The notes: generated by a model from the sequence alone, not told the origin. 64,000 nucleotides of DNA from an uncultured delta proteobacterium (GCA_963778115.1 CAVZSV010000004.1:1792001-1856000), one strand, 5' to 3'. Positions 52,126 through 62,560 are shown, counted from the stretch's first letter. A program made the numbers and translations.

Positions 52126-53589
52126 GCTCGCAAGCCGACATTGTGGTCGTGGGGGCTGGTCCCGTAGGTCTCATGTGTGCCTATCTGGGACAGCTCTGTG
52201 GTTTGCGCACGGTGGTCGTTGATAAGTCTGACAAACCTTTGGAGGTCGGAAGAGCGGATGCTCTTAATGCACGTACCTTGCAACTTCTTGAGTCGGTCGA
52301 TCTCTTTGACGAGCTCTATCCGCTAGGAAAGACCTGCAATACAAGTTCGGTATGGGCAGAGGGGAAATTTATTTCCCGTCAATCTTCCTGGTGGGATGAT
52401 CTTGAGGGCTGTTTTCATAAGCATTTTCTGATGCTGGGTCAATCTTACGTAGAGAAGCTTTTAGATGAAAAGCTAAAGCAACTCGGATCCGGCGTGAAAC
52501 GTTCCACTGCCAGTCGAGAACATTGAAGTGATTGGAAATCAGTGTGTCACCACACTCTGCACCGGAGAGAAAGTACAATCGAGTTATATTATCGGAGCGG
52601 ACGGTTCCCGTTCGTTCGTCCGCGACCATTTTAAAATACCTTTCGAAATCGTACGACCTCAGATCTCATGGGCCGTCATTGATGGCGTCATCGAAACCGA
52701 TTTTCAAAAAGTTCCTGAAATCATCGTTTTCCAGGCGGAAACCTCCGACGTGGCATGGATTCCCAGGGAGGGGGAGATCGATCGGTTTTACGTTAGGATG
52801 GACGCCGAAAATTTTACTTTCGAGGATGTGGCCCAGAAAATCAAACGCGCCATACGGCCTCACTCAATAAACTTTAAGCATATTGAATGGTATTCGCACT
52901 TTTCGGTCAAGGAATCGGTGGCTGACAAATTCGCCGTTCATGATCGCGTTTTTCTTGCGGGAGATGCCTGTCATATCCATTCGGTTAATGGCGGACAGGG
53001 TCTCAATACCGGACTTGCCGATGCTTTCAATCTTATGTGGAAGTTGAATATGGTTTTGCAGTTCGGTGCCCCCACGAAACTTCTGCAAAGTTATGAAAGC
53101 GAGCGCAAACCGGTTGCCCAAAGCGTGATTGCGGCTTCAGGAGAGCTTGTTCGCTCGACAAAGTTCTCCCAGAGTGGAACCCATGCCCAGGACTACGTAA
53201 AAATCGTCCAAAAACGTGCCGGAAATATCACTGGAATGGGAATTCGTTACGGCGAACAAGGCCTCCCCGGTTCGAGGTTGTTTGACCTGGAAGTTTATCA
53301 GGACACCGTCAAAACTAGGCTTTACTCCCTTTTGGACTATTCTCAATTCACTCTTCTCATTTTTGGTGACCGCCTTGCCTCGTTCGACTTACCGGAATTT
53401 GTAAGGGTCATTCAAATTCATCACACAAAGTGCGAGGAGGGTTGTTTTGCGGAAAGCTCTCCCTATGAAAATCAGGCGATTTTAGTCCGACCTGATTCCT
53501 ATATCGAATCGTCAACACTGCTAGATAACCTTGAATCCTCCTTTGCTTGGCCAGAGTTTTATAACAAGAGCCGGGAGCTTCGCGCGTGA
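52122..53589 (+). pseudogene. FAD-dependent monooxygenase (PheA/TfdB family) with a +1 frameshift near 52512
   Basis: GAGPVG in the first ORF; IGADGSRS, LAGDACHIHS..GGQGLNTG and LVRPD in the second. Removing one base near 52512 joins KRSTA to VENIEVIG. May be an assembly error. Confidence 0.85.
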
Positions 53590-54812
53590 ATAGACCCGTC
53601 GTTATCGTCGACCCGTTGTCATCAGGAATAGAGCTGGCGCCGGCCTTTAAGGCACGGGGAATCCCTGCGATAGCCCTCACTCTGGAAAATCAGGAATGGC
53701 CCGAATTCGGATCTAGAATCCAGGCTTCTGACTTTGTTGAAATCATTCCCAACCAGCCTGACATTGCTAAGCTCATTAAGAGGTATGATCCCATTGGGGT
53801 GATTCCAGGGACCGAGGAAGGTATCCCTCTAGCAGAGAGTCTAACGGCACTTTTGACGCCCCAGTTTGCCAATGATCCCACAAAAGCGCTTCATCGATCG
53901 CACAAGGCTCTTATGCAAAAGGCTTTGGAAGAATCCGGAGTTCCCGCACTGAAGACGATCCATACTGCTTCTGAACGCCTTGCTGAAACCTGGATCAAAG
54001 ATAACGACATGCAAGATTGCCCGCTCATCATTAAACCTCCCACTTCTTCGGGAAGCGAAAGGGTGTTTCACATTTCCGTAGGAGGAGATTGGAAACGAGC
54101 GTTCAATGAAATTTTGACAGAGCCCTCAATCATTTCCGGCCTGAGAAGCGAAACGGTAGTCATTCAGGAACAAGCGATCGGGACTGAGTTTGCGATCGGC
54201 ACCGTCAGTGCCCATGGAAAACACTTTCTGGCCCATCTCATCAAATACAATAAAACCTCTTCGGGAAACCGTAAGACTGTTTTCGACCACGTTGAGTTCG
54301 TTCCGTATGGCAAAGAAACTGTGGCCGACTTATTCGAATACACGCAAAAAACGTTGGATGCTCTGGGTGTGCGTTGGGGAGCCGCGCATAACGAAATCAT
54401 GCTCACCAAAGGTGGTCCACGTCTGATCGAAACTAGTACCAGGATGATCGGAGGACCCGTGGTTGGATTTGCCCGCGCTGCCACCGGTAGCAGCCAGGCG
54501 GATAAGTTAGTGGAAGTCTATGCGGATGGCGATGTCCTAACCAGGGAATATGTTCTTAAAAAAACGGTGGTGCCTGTTTTTTTGAAAGCAAGGATTCAAG
54601 GAACCATTTCGAATGTCGAAGTCCTGGATGGTATTTCACAGTTAGGGACTCTTCTTAGTAAACATATCTGGATAAAAAATGGGGACCGCGTTCCTCAGAC
54701 GATAGATTACCTGACCAGCATAGGTATCATCGGACTAGCCGGGGACCGCGAGGCCATTTTCTTAGACTACAAAAAACTTCGAACAATGGAGTCAAGATTG
54801 GAGTTTCATTGA
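53586..54812 (+). CDS. ATP-grasp ligase (L-amino-acid-ligase-like)
   Basis: VVIVDPLSSG, IIKP..SSGSE, IQEQAIGTEF, AHNEIML..GGPRLIE...RMIGG. Confidence 0.88.
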   Translation: MNRPVVIVDPLSSGIELAPAFKARGIPAIALTLENQEWPEFGSRIQASDFVEIIPNQPDIAKLIKRYDPIGVIPGTEEGIPLAESLTALLTPQFANDPTKALHRSHKALMQKALEESGVPALKTIHTASERLAETWIKDNDMQDCPLIIKPPTSSGSERVFHISVGGDWKRAFNEILTEPSIISGLRSETVVIQEQAIGTEFAIGTVSAHGKHFLAHLIKYNKTSSGNRKTVFDHVEFVPYGKETVADLFEYTQKTLDALGVRWGAAHNEIMLTKGGPRLIETSTRMIGGPVVGFARAATGSSQADKLVEVYADGDVLTREYVLKKTVVPVFLKARIQGTISNVEVLDGISQLGTLLSKHIWIKNGDRVPQTIDYLTSIGIIGLAGDREAIFLDYKKLRTMESRLEFH

Positions 54813-54933
54813 AAAGCCCTGTCTTCCTGATGGCGGGAACTCTGACGAACGTTCGGGGCTAATTATAAATATGATTAGAAGCCATAATCACTATCATAGA
54901 CAAATTTTATCATCCTATGCTACTCCTGGCCCT

Positions 54934-55779
54934 ATGCTGGCGTCGGCAACCGAGATCGAATATTTTATCGAAGTCTATCACACGCGCCACATCTCCAAGG
55001 CTGCCATGAGACTTGGGGTCACCCAACCCACTCTTACGTTAAGCCTACAACGTTTAGAGGATAAGCTCGGAGTGAAGCTGTTTCACCGGACGAAGCAGGG
55101 AGTAGTTCCGACAGAACAAGGGGCATTATTCTACAAGAAGGCTCACAGCTTCGTAGATTCGTGGAATGAGCTGCATCATGACCTCGGGGAATCGATAGAT
55201 GCCCTTCAAGGTCGATTCAAGGTGGGATGTCACCAGAGTGTGGGCGCCTACACGCTACCTCGATTTCTCGATAGCCTTCAGAAACACGCGCCCAGAATTG
55301 AAATCGAACTGATCCATGATTTTTCAAGAAGGATCACGGAAAAGGTTGTCTCCTTCGAGATCGATCTCGGATTTGTGGTAAATCCAGTGAGACATCCCGA
55401 TCTGGTCTTAAGAAAAATGGGAGATGACCGAGTCTTGTTTTGGCGGGCCAGAGGTTCTGGATCGCTTCCGAAAAGAATTTTTGCCGATACCAATCTCGCA
55501 CAAGTCCAAGACATTCTGGGAAAGACTCATGCAAAGGAATTCAAAGACTGGAAGCTAATCAACAGCAATAGTCTTGAGCTTATTCGAACGCTAACCTTAG
55601 CTCGTCAGGGTATTGGAATTCTCCCTGAAAGAGTGGCTAAGGCAGATGGCGCGGATCTAATCCCTTACGACTCGAAACTGCCCATCTACGAAGACAAGAT
55701 TTTCTTACTTTATCGGAACGACGTTCTTTCTAACAGAGCCGGTCGGGAACTAGTGAGACTCGCCACTTTCCCTTTATAG
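54934..55779 (+). CDS. LysR family regulator
   Basis: HISKAAMRLGVTQPTLTLSLQRLEDKLGVKLFHR; start 54934 preferred over 54871. Confidence 0.92.
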   Translation: MLASATEIEYFIEVYHTRHISKAAMRLGVTQPTLTLSLQRLEDKLGVKLFHRTKQGVVPTEQGALFYKKAHSFVDSWNELHHDLGESIDALQGRFKVGCHQSVGAYTLPRFLDSLQKHAPRIEIELIHDFSRRITEKVVSFEIDLGFVVNPVRHPDLVLRKMGDDRVLFWRARGSGSLPKRIFADTNLAQVQDILGKTHAKEFKDWKLINSNSLELIRTLTLARQGIGILPERVAKADGADLIPYDSKLPIYEDKIFLLYRNDVLSNRAGRELVRLATFPL

Positions 55780-55783
55780 TCGT

Positions 55784-55860
55784 AGGTGTCACTCTCCTAT
55801 CGGGCCCGATAGGTACGGGTCATATCAAAACTCCAATGTGACCCGTTCCAAAAAGGCCCG
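55784..55860. repeat. Family A palindromic element, truncated on the right
   Basis: AGGTGTCACTCTCCTATCGGGCCCGATAGGTACGGGTCATATC is the exact reverse complement of the right half of 35704-35798. Confidence 0.9.
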
Positions 55861-55965
55861 AGAAAAATAGTTCAAAGCTAGCGTTTCAAAATTATTTGCC
55901 ATCGCCCCCAATTTCGAATAACGCTCAAAGACATTGGGTGAGTTTCTTACTCGGTGGGGGGTTCG

Positions 55966-56451
55966 ATGGTGCGTTTATCACTTTTTATTTTTTTGGCTTT
56001 CCTATCCGTGAACTCGGCAGCCTTGGCCGACGATGGGATTGAAAATTGTAATTACAATGAAATGACCGGAACAGTGGTGGGGAGATTCTCCGCGCACGAA
56101 CCTAAGGCCTCGCGTGGATGGGTTCCTTTAGACTTAGTTCTTTGCAAGAACGAACAACGGGTTTTTGCCATCATCAGCTCTCAAGCGGTTGCCCTTGGAG
56201 TTCTGTGGAATCTGCCTTTAAAGACTCCTGAATACAAAGGTGTTAAAGCGGAAGAGGACAAAGTTATTCTGCAATGGAGCAATCACGAAGACGATAGAGA
56301 AGCGCTTAAGGCTCTAGAAGACAAGAAAGTTCAAGCCGTTATTCTAGGTGGAACTTCGGCGACCCAGCTCACCGTGTTTCGCAAAGAACTCGAAAATGTC
56401 TACAGCAACACGCTGTTTGGGAGTTTTGTCGAAGACAAAACGCAAAAGTAG
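55966..56451 (+). CDS. Secreted hypothetical protein
   Basis: Signal peptide ending ALA-D; RBS GGGGG. Confidence 0.65.
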   Translation: MVRLSLFIFLAFLSVNSAALADDGIENCNYNEMTGTVVGRFSAHEPKASRGWVPLDLVLCKNEQRVFAIISSQAVALGVLWNLPLKTPEYKGVKAEEDKVILQWSNHEDDREALKALEDKKVQAVILGGTSATQLTVFRKELENVYSNTLFGSFVEDKTQK

Positions 56452-56988
56452 CTATTTATTAAATTTGTCCGTCGTAAAATCGAAAACTAATACGCCATTT
56501 CCTACAACCCCCTCTAACGTCACCGGCTTGGGTGGAGTATAAAGAAACTGGGCCACATCGAGTTTGAATTGTTCGTGCGCCGGTTCATAGAGGTCACTTC
56601 CATCGGCATTCTTTAAGATGGCGGTCCCCGCTTGTCCCGCGGTGAGTCTGCCCACGTAATAGTCGCGATCGTTTTCGCTTTTGAAAGTGACTAAAAAGCC
56701 GTGGGTGAGTCCGAGATCCGCACCCTCGGGACTATTAGCAAGGCCTGCATCTAAAGAGATGATGTAAGGTTTTCCGCTGCGTTTACATTCTTGTTTTAAG
56801 GCCAGAAAACGCCTTGTAATCATTTTTACATCAGCGGCCGTCGTGTCGGGCTTGTACCGAAATAATACGAGGTGCTTTACTACGCCGATTTGCGAACTTA
56901 ATTCGCGGGGTTCTTCCTTGGGGGCTGGCATGTCCGCGAAAATAGGAAGGCACAACAACGATAGCATCAGCATGAGAGAGAGTTTCAT
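56452..56988 (-). CDS. Dabb (stress-responsive A/B barrel) protein, secreted
   Basis: VKHLVLFRYK...NSPEG...GLTHGFLVTFKSENDRDYY...PAH...VLVFDF. Confidence 0.88.
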   Translation of the reverse strand: MKLSLMLMLSLLCLPIFADMPAPKEEPRELSSQIGVVKHLVLFRYKPDTTAADVKMITRRFLALKQECKRSGKPYIISLDAGLANSPEGADLGLTHGFLVTFKSENDRDYYVGRLTAGQAGTAILKNADGSDLYEPAHEQFKLDVAQFLYTPPKPVTLEGVVGNGVLVFDFTTDKFNK

Positions 56989-57051
56989 AATAGCTCCTGG
57001 TTTGAACAAACGCCCGGAGACTCACACTCCTCATTTTAACTGTCAAGCTGG

Positions 57052-57642
57052 CTAGTTTTTGAGAAACCTAACGTCCCATTCTTCTAGAATCTCATCGCCC
57101 ATAAAAGTCTGAAGGCCTTCATCGCGATCGGTCGGATTAAATTCCCTCACGGGAAATCGAGGTTTGAGATCCTTCATTTCCTGGGCGAAGCCTTTGGGGA
57201 AAAAGGCAAAGCCGTTGAAACAATAGGAGCCAAGTATCTGCCTTAATGTCTTGTTCGGCGAGATGCGGGGAGCGATATCTCGAACCAGTTCCTTTACCGA
57301 GCAGGTCCCCACATCACCAAAGATAACCTTGGAGGATTCCGGCGATGAAGCAAGTCTGTTTTTCTTCCAACGTTCCAGAGTCTCCTTACCTTTATGGTCG
57401 AAGCAGCCCGCTTCGAAGACTTCCATCAAATCTTTGTCCTTGCTTCTTGCGACAGCATCCAAAAAGCTCACTACGTTCTCGCAGTATTCGTTTCGACGAA
57501 GAAGGTAGATACCTTCGATATAGTTAAATGCAGCAAATTGCTCGGGTTGCCCATTGGCCTCTCTTATGACCTCGGCATACTCCGCAAGGGCTGGAATCGC
57601 TGAAAAAAGAAACAACGCCAGCAACAATAACGATCGCTTCAT
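57052..57642 (-). CDS. Secreted hypothetical protein
   Basis: RBS GGAG; signal peptide ending ALA-E. Confidence 0.65.
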   Translation of the reverse strand: MKRSLLLLALFLFSAIPALAEYAEVIREANGQPEQFAAFNYIEGIYLLRRNEYCENVVSFLDAVARSKDKDLMEVFEAGCFDHKGKETLERWKKNRLASSPESSKVIFGDVGTCSVKELVRDIAPRISPNKTLRQILGSYCFNGFAFFPKGFAQEMKDLKPRFPVREFNPTDRDEGLQTFMGDEILEEWDVRFLKN

Positions 57643-57755
57643 TAAAGATTCTCCGTAGGACCGGCGTTTATAACAGATTCGCAAAAGCCGAACAATCCCC
57701 TGACTCAGCCCAACGAGAAAACCCTCTTATTAAAGCTTCTTAGGAAGGGTCGAAT

Positions 57756-59117
57756 TTATACAAAGGCGCTAAAGCCCGTGATCGCGCGCCCGACAATTAG
57801 ACTATTTACTTGCGCGGTTCCTTCGTAAGAGTAAATGGCCTCGGCGTCCGCCACAAAACGAGCGACATCAAACGAAAGCAAAATGCCATTTCCGCCGTGA
57901 AGTTCTCGGGCGCGACTAACTACTTCGCGGCAACCACTCGTGCAAAAAACTTTGGCGGCTGATGCGTGTTCGTCACGCAAAATTCCATCGTCCTGCATTC
58001 TGCTAAGCCTATCGCACATGGTCTGCATGGCAGTGAGTTGGCCTAGCATATTGGCCAGCATGTTTTGAACAAGTTGAAAACTTCCGATGGGGCGTCCGAA
58101 CTGCATGCGCTCTTGGCAGTATTTTACCGTGTGCTCATAGGCTCCTCTAGCACATCCCACCGCTTGCCAAGCGACTCCGGCACGAGTCATGCGCAATACG
58201 TTGGCGACGTCTTTAAAGGATTTTGCGTTTTGAAGGCGCTTGTCTTCAGTCACTTCACAGTCTTTGAGAGTAATAAGTGCGTTTTGCACCGTCCGAAGCG
58301 CCATCTTGTCTTCTAATTTTTCGGGATGAAATCCCGGGGTATTTTTGTCGACTATAAATCCTTTCACTTCGTGATCGTCCTCGTCCTTCGCCCAAATAAT
58401 CGTTATGTCCGAGAAAGTCGCATTTCCGATCCACTTCTTTTGTCCGTTAATTACCCAGCGATCGCCCTTTCGACGACAAGTGGTTGTGAGCCCCCCGGCA
58501 ACTGCTGATCCCACATCGGGTTCGGTGAGTCCGAAAGCGCCTATCAATTCAAATCTCTGCATTTTGGGAAGGTAAAACGATTTCTGCTCTTCAGAGCCAC
58601 ACAGATAGATGGAGCCCATGGAAAGGCCGCTTTGCACGCCGAAGAAGGTGCAAAGCGAGACATCTACCCTGGCCATCTCTTGAGCCAAAAAACCTTCCAG
58701 GGTGAAAGTCTTTCCCGGGCAGCCGTATCCTTTATAGGGCAAGCCGCAAACGTTAAGGGCGGCAAGTCTTGGTATGACGTGCATCGGAAATTGCCCCTTG
58801 AGCCAATACTCGTTGGCGATGGGTTTAATTTCCGTATTCATAAAATCGCGGACTTTTAGCTGAATGGCCCTATCCTCTTCACTTAAAGTCTGGCTCAGTT
58901 CGTAAAAGTCCCCGTGAGGTTCTGGCAGATCCCGCTTTTTACGATTCGTATTTTTTGCCAACATCACGGTTAGCTTTTCTAGATCTTCAGGCTTCATGGC
59001 CATCACCCCTTCCAGAAGGGCGTTGAGATCGACCTTCTTCGCAAGAGCTGCCATCTTTTTTAAGTCTAGTTTATGAAAGAGATTTGCCGCTTCGGTTAAC
59101 GCTTCAAGAGGATTCAT
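57756..59117 (-). CDS. Acyl-CoA dehydrogenase (glutaryl-CoA dehydrogenase / ACX4-like)
   Basis: GAFGLTEPDVGS, INGQKKWIGN, QFGRPIGSFQLVQ, HGGNGI, IYSYEGT. Confidence 0.93.
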   Translation of the reverse strand: MNPLEALTEAANLFHKLDLKKMAALAKKVDLNALLEGVMAMKPEDLEKLTVMLAKNTNRKKRDLPEPHGDFYELSQTLSEEDRAIQLKVRDFMNTEIKPIANEYWLKGQFPMHVIPRLAALNVCGLPYKGYGCPGKTFTLEGFLAQEMARVDVSLCTFFGVQSGLSMGSIYLCGSEEQKSFYLPKMQRFELIGAFGLTEPDVGSAVAGGLTTTCRRKGDRWVINGQKKWIGNATFSDITIIWAKDEDDHEVKGFIVDKNTPGFHPEKLEDKMALRTVQNALITLKDCEVTEDKRLQNAKSFKDVANVLRMTRAGVAWQAVGCARGAYEHTVKYCQERMQFGRPIGSFQLVQNMLANMLGQLTAMQTMCDRLSRMQDDGILRDEHASAAKVFCTSGCREVVSRARELHGGNGILLSFDVARFVADAEAIYSYEGTAQVNSLIVGRAITGFSAFV

Positions 59118-59191
59118 ACCCCTAACGGTAACATCGATTTTTGGGAAAAGGTACCCGCCGAGAGTCGTACGGAAGGTCTACCATTTGGGTG

Positions 59192-60055
59192 CTAATTAAA
59201 GCCCTCTAATATTTGAACGAGAGTCGCTAGACTATCTGGCGGTAGATTGTAGTCCCTTAAAAATCTAAGATGCACTCGAAGCAGCCTCTTGAACCCCAAC
59301 GGCACCCCTTTATCATCGATAAGTGCTTGAGTTCGGCTGAGAAGGCTATCGGTGGGTATGCCCGGATCATTCTGCCAAAAGGCGACAGGCTCTTGGAAAG
59401 CAGCATACAAGCCCGATTGATTGGCCAACTCGCGCTCTTCGGGAGTGGCCTCACTAAGTTTTCGCTCATAGGAAACCTTAGCCGCCAGCGTCTTTGAAAA
59501 GGCCTCGCGATAATCCACGAGCATTAAGGCATGGGGTACGGTGCTTCGAATGATGAAAAGTCGTCGGTAGTCGCCGATAATACTTCCTTCTAAAGTAATG
59601 TATTGCACTAAACTTTCCATGAGTTGGTCGTTCTGATTGCCCAAACGGTAAAACAGCGTAGGAGAAAGAAGAATAGAGATATCATCACGAGCCGTTTCCA
59701 ACTCCTGCCGTCCGCTAAGACCGTTATTATCAATCGCTGCTGAAACTAATTGGCTGAGTGACACTTCATACTGATCGGAGAGTATCTGAATCGCCCCGAA
59801 ATCAAATCGGAAACGTTTTTCTATTCTTTCAAGGTAGAAGAGACGAGCATTGCGTCGGGCGAGTTCGTCCTTATCGTCTTCATCATAGTAGTCGTACTGG
59901 GGATCTTGGTCGATCTTTGCCCGGATATGGACCGCAGCACGATGGAGTTCTTGCGCGCACATGCCAAAGTCATAACCGGTGGCTACTGCGCGGTCATTAG
60001 ACCCGATTACCAAGAGCACCAAGAAAGCGAATCGCATGGGTAGACGGTATGCCAC
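59192..60055 (-). CDS. Hypothetical protein
   Basis: 287-aa ORF with signal-like N-terminus. Confidence 0.55.
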   Translation of the reverse strand: MAYRLPMRFAFLVLLVIGSNDRAVATGYDFGMCAQELHRAAVHIRAKIDQDPQYDYYDEDDKDELARRNARLFYLERIEKRFRFDFGAIQILSDQYEVSLSQLVSAAIDNNGLSGRQELETARDDISILLSPTLFYRLGNQNDQLMESLVQYITLEGSIIGDYRRLFIIRSTVPHALMLVDYREAFSKTLAAKVSYERKLSEATPEERELANQSGLYAAFQEPVAFWQNDPGIPTDSLLSRTQALIDDKGVPLGFKRLLRVHLRFLRDYNLPPDSLATLVQILEGFN

Positions 60056-60078
60056 AGCCTACTTTTAGACGCCAGCTT

Positions 60079-60471
60079 TTAGTCTTGGTGCTTAGGAAAC
60101 TCCGAGTGGGAATCGACGTAATATTCGAGACTTATGGCAATACTTTTCCTAAGTGGCTGGCTCACAAAGAAAAGTACCATCGCAAAGACAGCCACTAGCA
60201 CTCGCGCGAGCGGAACATTGCGTGGAGTAATGAAAAGCATCCCCAGAATAAATACTCCCGTAAGGGCTGCTGTGGTCATGTACATGAAAAACCAAGTGTC
60301 ATCCTCTCGATCGCTTATGGAGGTCCCGCAGGAAGGACACTTGGAAACGAGAACCATCCAGCCCTCATAGATAGAGGCCTTCCCACACCGGGGGCAACGC
60401 AGTGTGAAAGCTCGCTTGAAAGCTTCCATTCGTCCTCTATCGGTTCGCATTGTCGACTTCATCCTTGCCAT
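60079..60471 (-). CDS. DUF983 family protein (start uncertain)
   Basis: RCPRCGKAS...CPSCG followed by two TM helices and PLRK. Confidence 0.8.
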   Translation of the reverse strand: MARMKSTMRTDRGRMEAFKRAFTLRCPRCGKASIYEGWMVLVSKCPSCGTSISDREDDTWFFMYMTTAALTGVFILGMLFITPRNVPLARVLVAVFAMVLFFVSQPLRKSIAISLEYYVDSHSEFPKHQD

Positions 60472-60487
60472 GATACGACATTTGACG

Positions 60488-62560
60488 ATGTCCGCAACGA
60501 AACTCCCTTTCGAACTTCAGGCGACCTCCCCCGGCACAAGAGCCAGAGCATGCCGTTTTGAGACGTTACACGGCGAAGTGCTAACCCCTCATTTCATGCC
60601 TGTGGGAACGCAGGGCACCGTTCGTAGCCAAACCGCCGATAGTCTGGTGCAAAGTGGAAGTCGCATCTTGCTCGCTAATACCTACCATCTTTGGATTCGT
60701 CCGGGACTTGATGTCTTTCGCCGTTTCGGAGGGTTGCATTCGTTAATGACATGGGAAGCGCCCATCTTGACCGATTCTGGAGGGTTTCAAACTTTTTCTT
60801 TGGGAAATGCCCGAGAGATGAACGAAGAAGGGGTATCTTTCACGAGTCATATCGACGGTGTCAAGCGGCTGCTCACTCCCGAAATTAGTATCGAAGCACA
60901 AAGGACCATCGGAAGTGACATCATGATGGTGCTCGATCATTGTGTCGCTTCGACCTGCTCTTTCGAAGTCGCTAAAGAGGCGATGGATTTGACCCATCGC
61001 TGGGCCAAACGTTGTTTGAAAGCCGCTGAGGGAACTCCTCAAGCGCTATTCGGCATTATTCAAGGAGCGGCTTTTGAGCCTCTGCGACGAGAGAGTGTGG
61101 AATTTCTCTCTTCCCTCCCCTTTGACGGTTTTGCGATCGGCGGGCTTGCCGTCGGTGAGACCCGAGATCTCAGGGAACAAATTACCGAAGCGACAACGGC
61201 ATTAATGCCCGCCAATCGTCCCAGGTATTTGATGGGCGTCGGAACGCCACTAGATTTACTGCAAGCCGTTCATCGTGGTGTCGATATGTTCGATTGCATT
61301 CTGCCAATCGCACTCGCCCAAAATGGAATAGGCTTTACAACAGAAGGGAAAATAGATTTGCGCCGCGCCCGTTATGAAATGGATGAGGGCCCTATTGATG
61401 CTATGTGTTCCTGTTCGACCTGTCGGCGATACTCTCGGGCTTATTTAAGACACCTCTCCCGTTGTAAAGAATTTCTGGGGTGGCAACTTATCGGCTACCA
61501 CAACTTATGTTTTTTCCATGATCTGATGGCCAAAATGCGGGCCGCTATCATCGAAAAGCACTTTCTTGAGTTTTATATGAGTAGCAAAGAGAGGCTAGGT
61601 CTGGTCGATAATGAAAACCCGAGTCCTCCACCCGCCAAAGTAAATCGCCGAAAAAGGACAGAGCGCGGGAACTACTCCTTGGTAGTGCATCCTTCGGGAA
61701 CTGCCATTCGCCACTTTTCCGGCGAAACCATCCATTCGGTATCGGGAGGGGAAATCGAAGCCCGGAGGCTTTACGCCGAGCCTTCCCGATTTCCCGCACT
61801 CGCCAAGAAAGGGGCTAAAGAGATCGTTTTGTGGGATGTGGGACTAGGAGCCGCTTTTAATGCCATGGCTGCCATTCGAGCTTACGAAGCGATCGAGGGA
61901 GAGCGGCGCCCCTTGGTTATTCTTAGCTTTGAGAATGATCTGGATTGCCTAAGACTCGCGATGGAAAACATCGGCCAATTTCCTCATCTTCACCATGAAG
62001 CGCCCGCTAGCTTGTTAAAAGATCAGGTGTGGAATGGGAACCAGATCCGGTGGCATCTCATCGAAGGCAATTTTTTCACCACAATGTTAGAAGCTCCCGC
62101 ACCGGAACTTATTTACTTTGATCCTTTTTCCTATAAAACCGATTCCCTTCTGTGGACCTACCGCTGCTTTAAGCAGATTTACGCGTGTTGTCGTCGACAG
62201 GAATCCCAACTCTTTACCTATAGCGCTTCCACGGCCGTGCGCGCGGGCCTACTCGCTGCAGGTTTCTTTGTTGGCAAAGGTGTCGCAAGTGGTCCTAAAG
62301 AAGATACCACTTGGGCGGCAACTCGTTTGGAGCTCTTTACTGATCGAAGTCTGTTACTCGATGAAACTTGGCTCGCCCGATGGGAACGAAGTGGCGCTAA
62401 ATATCCGGCTGACATTGATCCGGCGCAGCAGGAAAGGCATGCGAGGCTCATTCTCAGCCATCCGCAGTTTCGAAGGGCTAAGTTAGATTCTCGAAATATG
62501 AAAAAATTAACTTCCAATCAACCGGTTAATTTTTCTGAAGCAGATTATCCACAGGGTTAA
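60488..62560 (+). CDS. tgt: tRNA-guanine(34) transglycosylase fused to a C-terminal MnmC/MnmD-type SAM methyltransferase domain
   Basis: TGT: FMPVGT, NTYHL, TDSGGFQ, LDHC, GIIQG, GGLAVGE, YLMGVG, DMFDC, CSCSTC...HN. MTase: GETIHS, WDVGLGAAFN, ILSFEND, IYFDPFS, TYSASTAVRAGL..AGF. Confidence 0.92.
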   Translation: MSATKLPFELQATSPGTRARACRFETLHGEVLTPHFMPVGTQGTVRSQTADSLVQSGSRILLANTYHLWIRPGLDVFRRFGGLHSLMTWEAPILTDSGGFQTFSLGNAREMNEEGVSFTSHIDGVKRLLTPEISIEAQRTIGSDIMMVLDHCVASTCSFEVAKEAMDLTHRWAKRCLKAAEGTPQALFGIIQGAAFEPLRRESVEFLSSLPFDGFAIGGLAVGETRDLREQITEATTALMPANRPRYLMGVGTPLDLLQAVHRGVDMFDCILPIALAQNGIGFTTEGKIDLRRARYEMDEGPIDAMCSCSTCRRYSRAYLRHLSRCKEFLGWQLIGYHNLCFFHDLMAKMRAAIIEKHFLEFYMSSKERLGLVDNENPSPPPAKVNRRKRTERGNYSLVVHPSGTAIRHFSGETIHSVSGGEIEARRLYAEPSRFPALAKKGAKEIVLWDVGLGAAFNAMAAIRAYEAIEGERRPLVILSFENDLDCLRLAMENIGQFPHLHHEAPASLLKDQVWNGNQIRWHLIEGNFFTTMLEAPAPELIYFDPFSYKTDSLLWTYRCFKQIYACCRRQESQLFTYSASTAVRAGLLAAGFFVGKGVASGPKEDTTWAATRLELFTDRSLLLDETWLARWERSGAKYPADIDPAQQERHARLILSHPQFRRAKLDSRNMKKLTSNQPVNFSEADYPQG

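Noticed and set aside
62545..62553. DnaA box TTATCCACA
   Set aside because: Single copy inside a coding region, with no box cluster or origin-associated genes.
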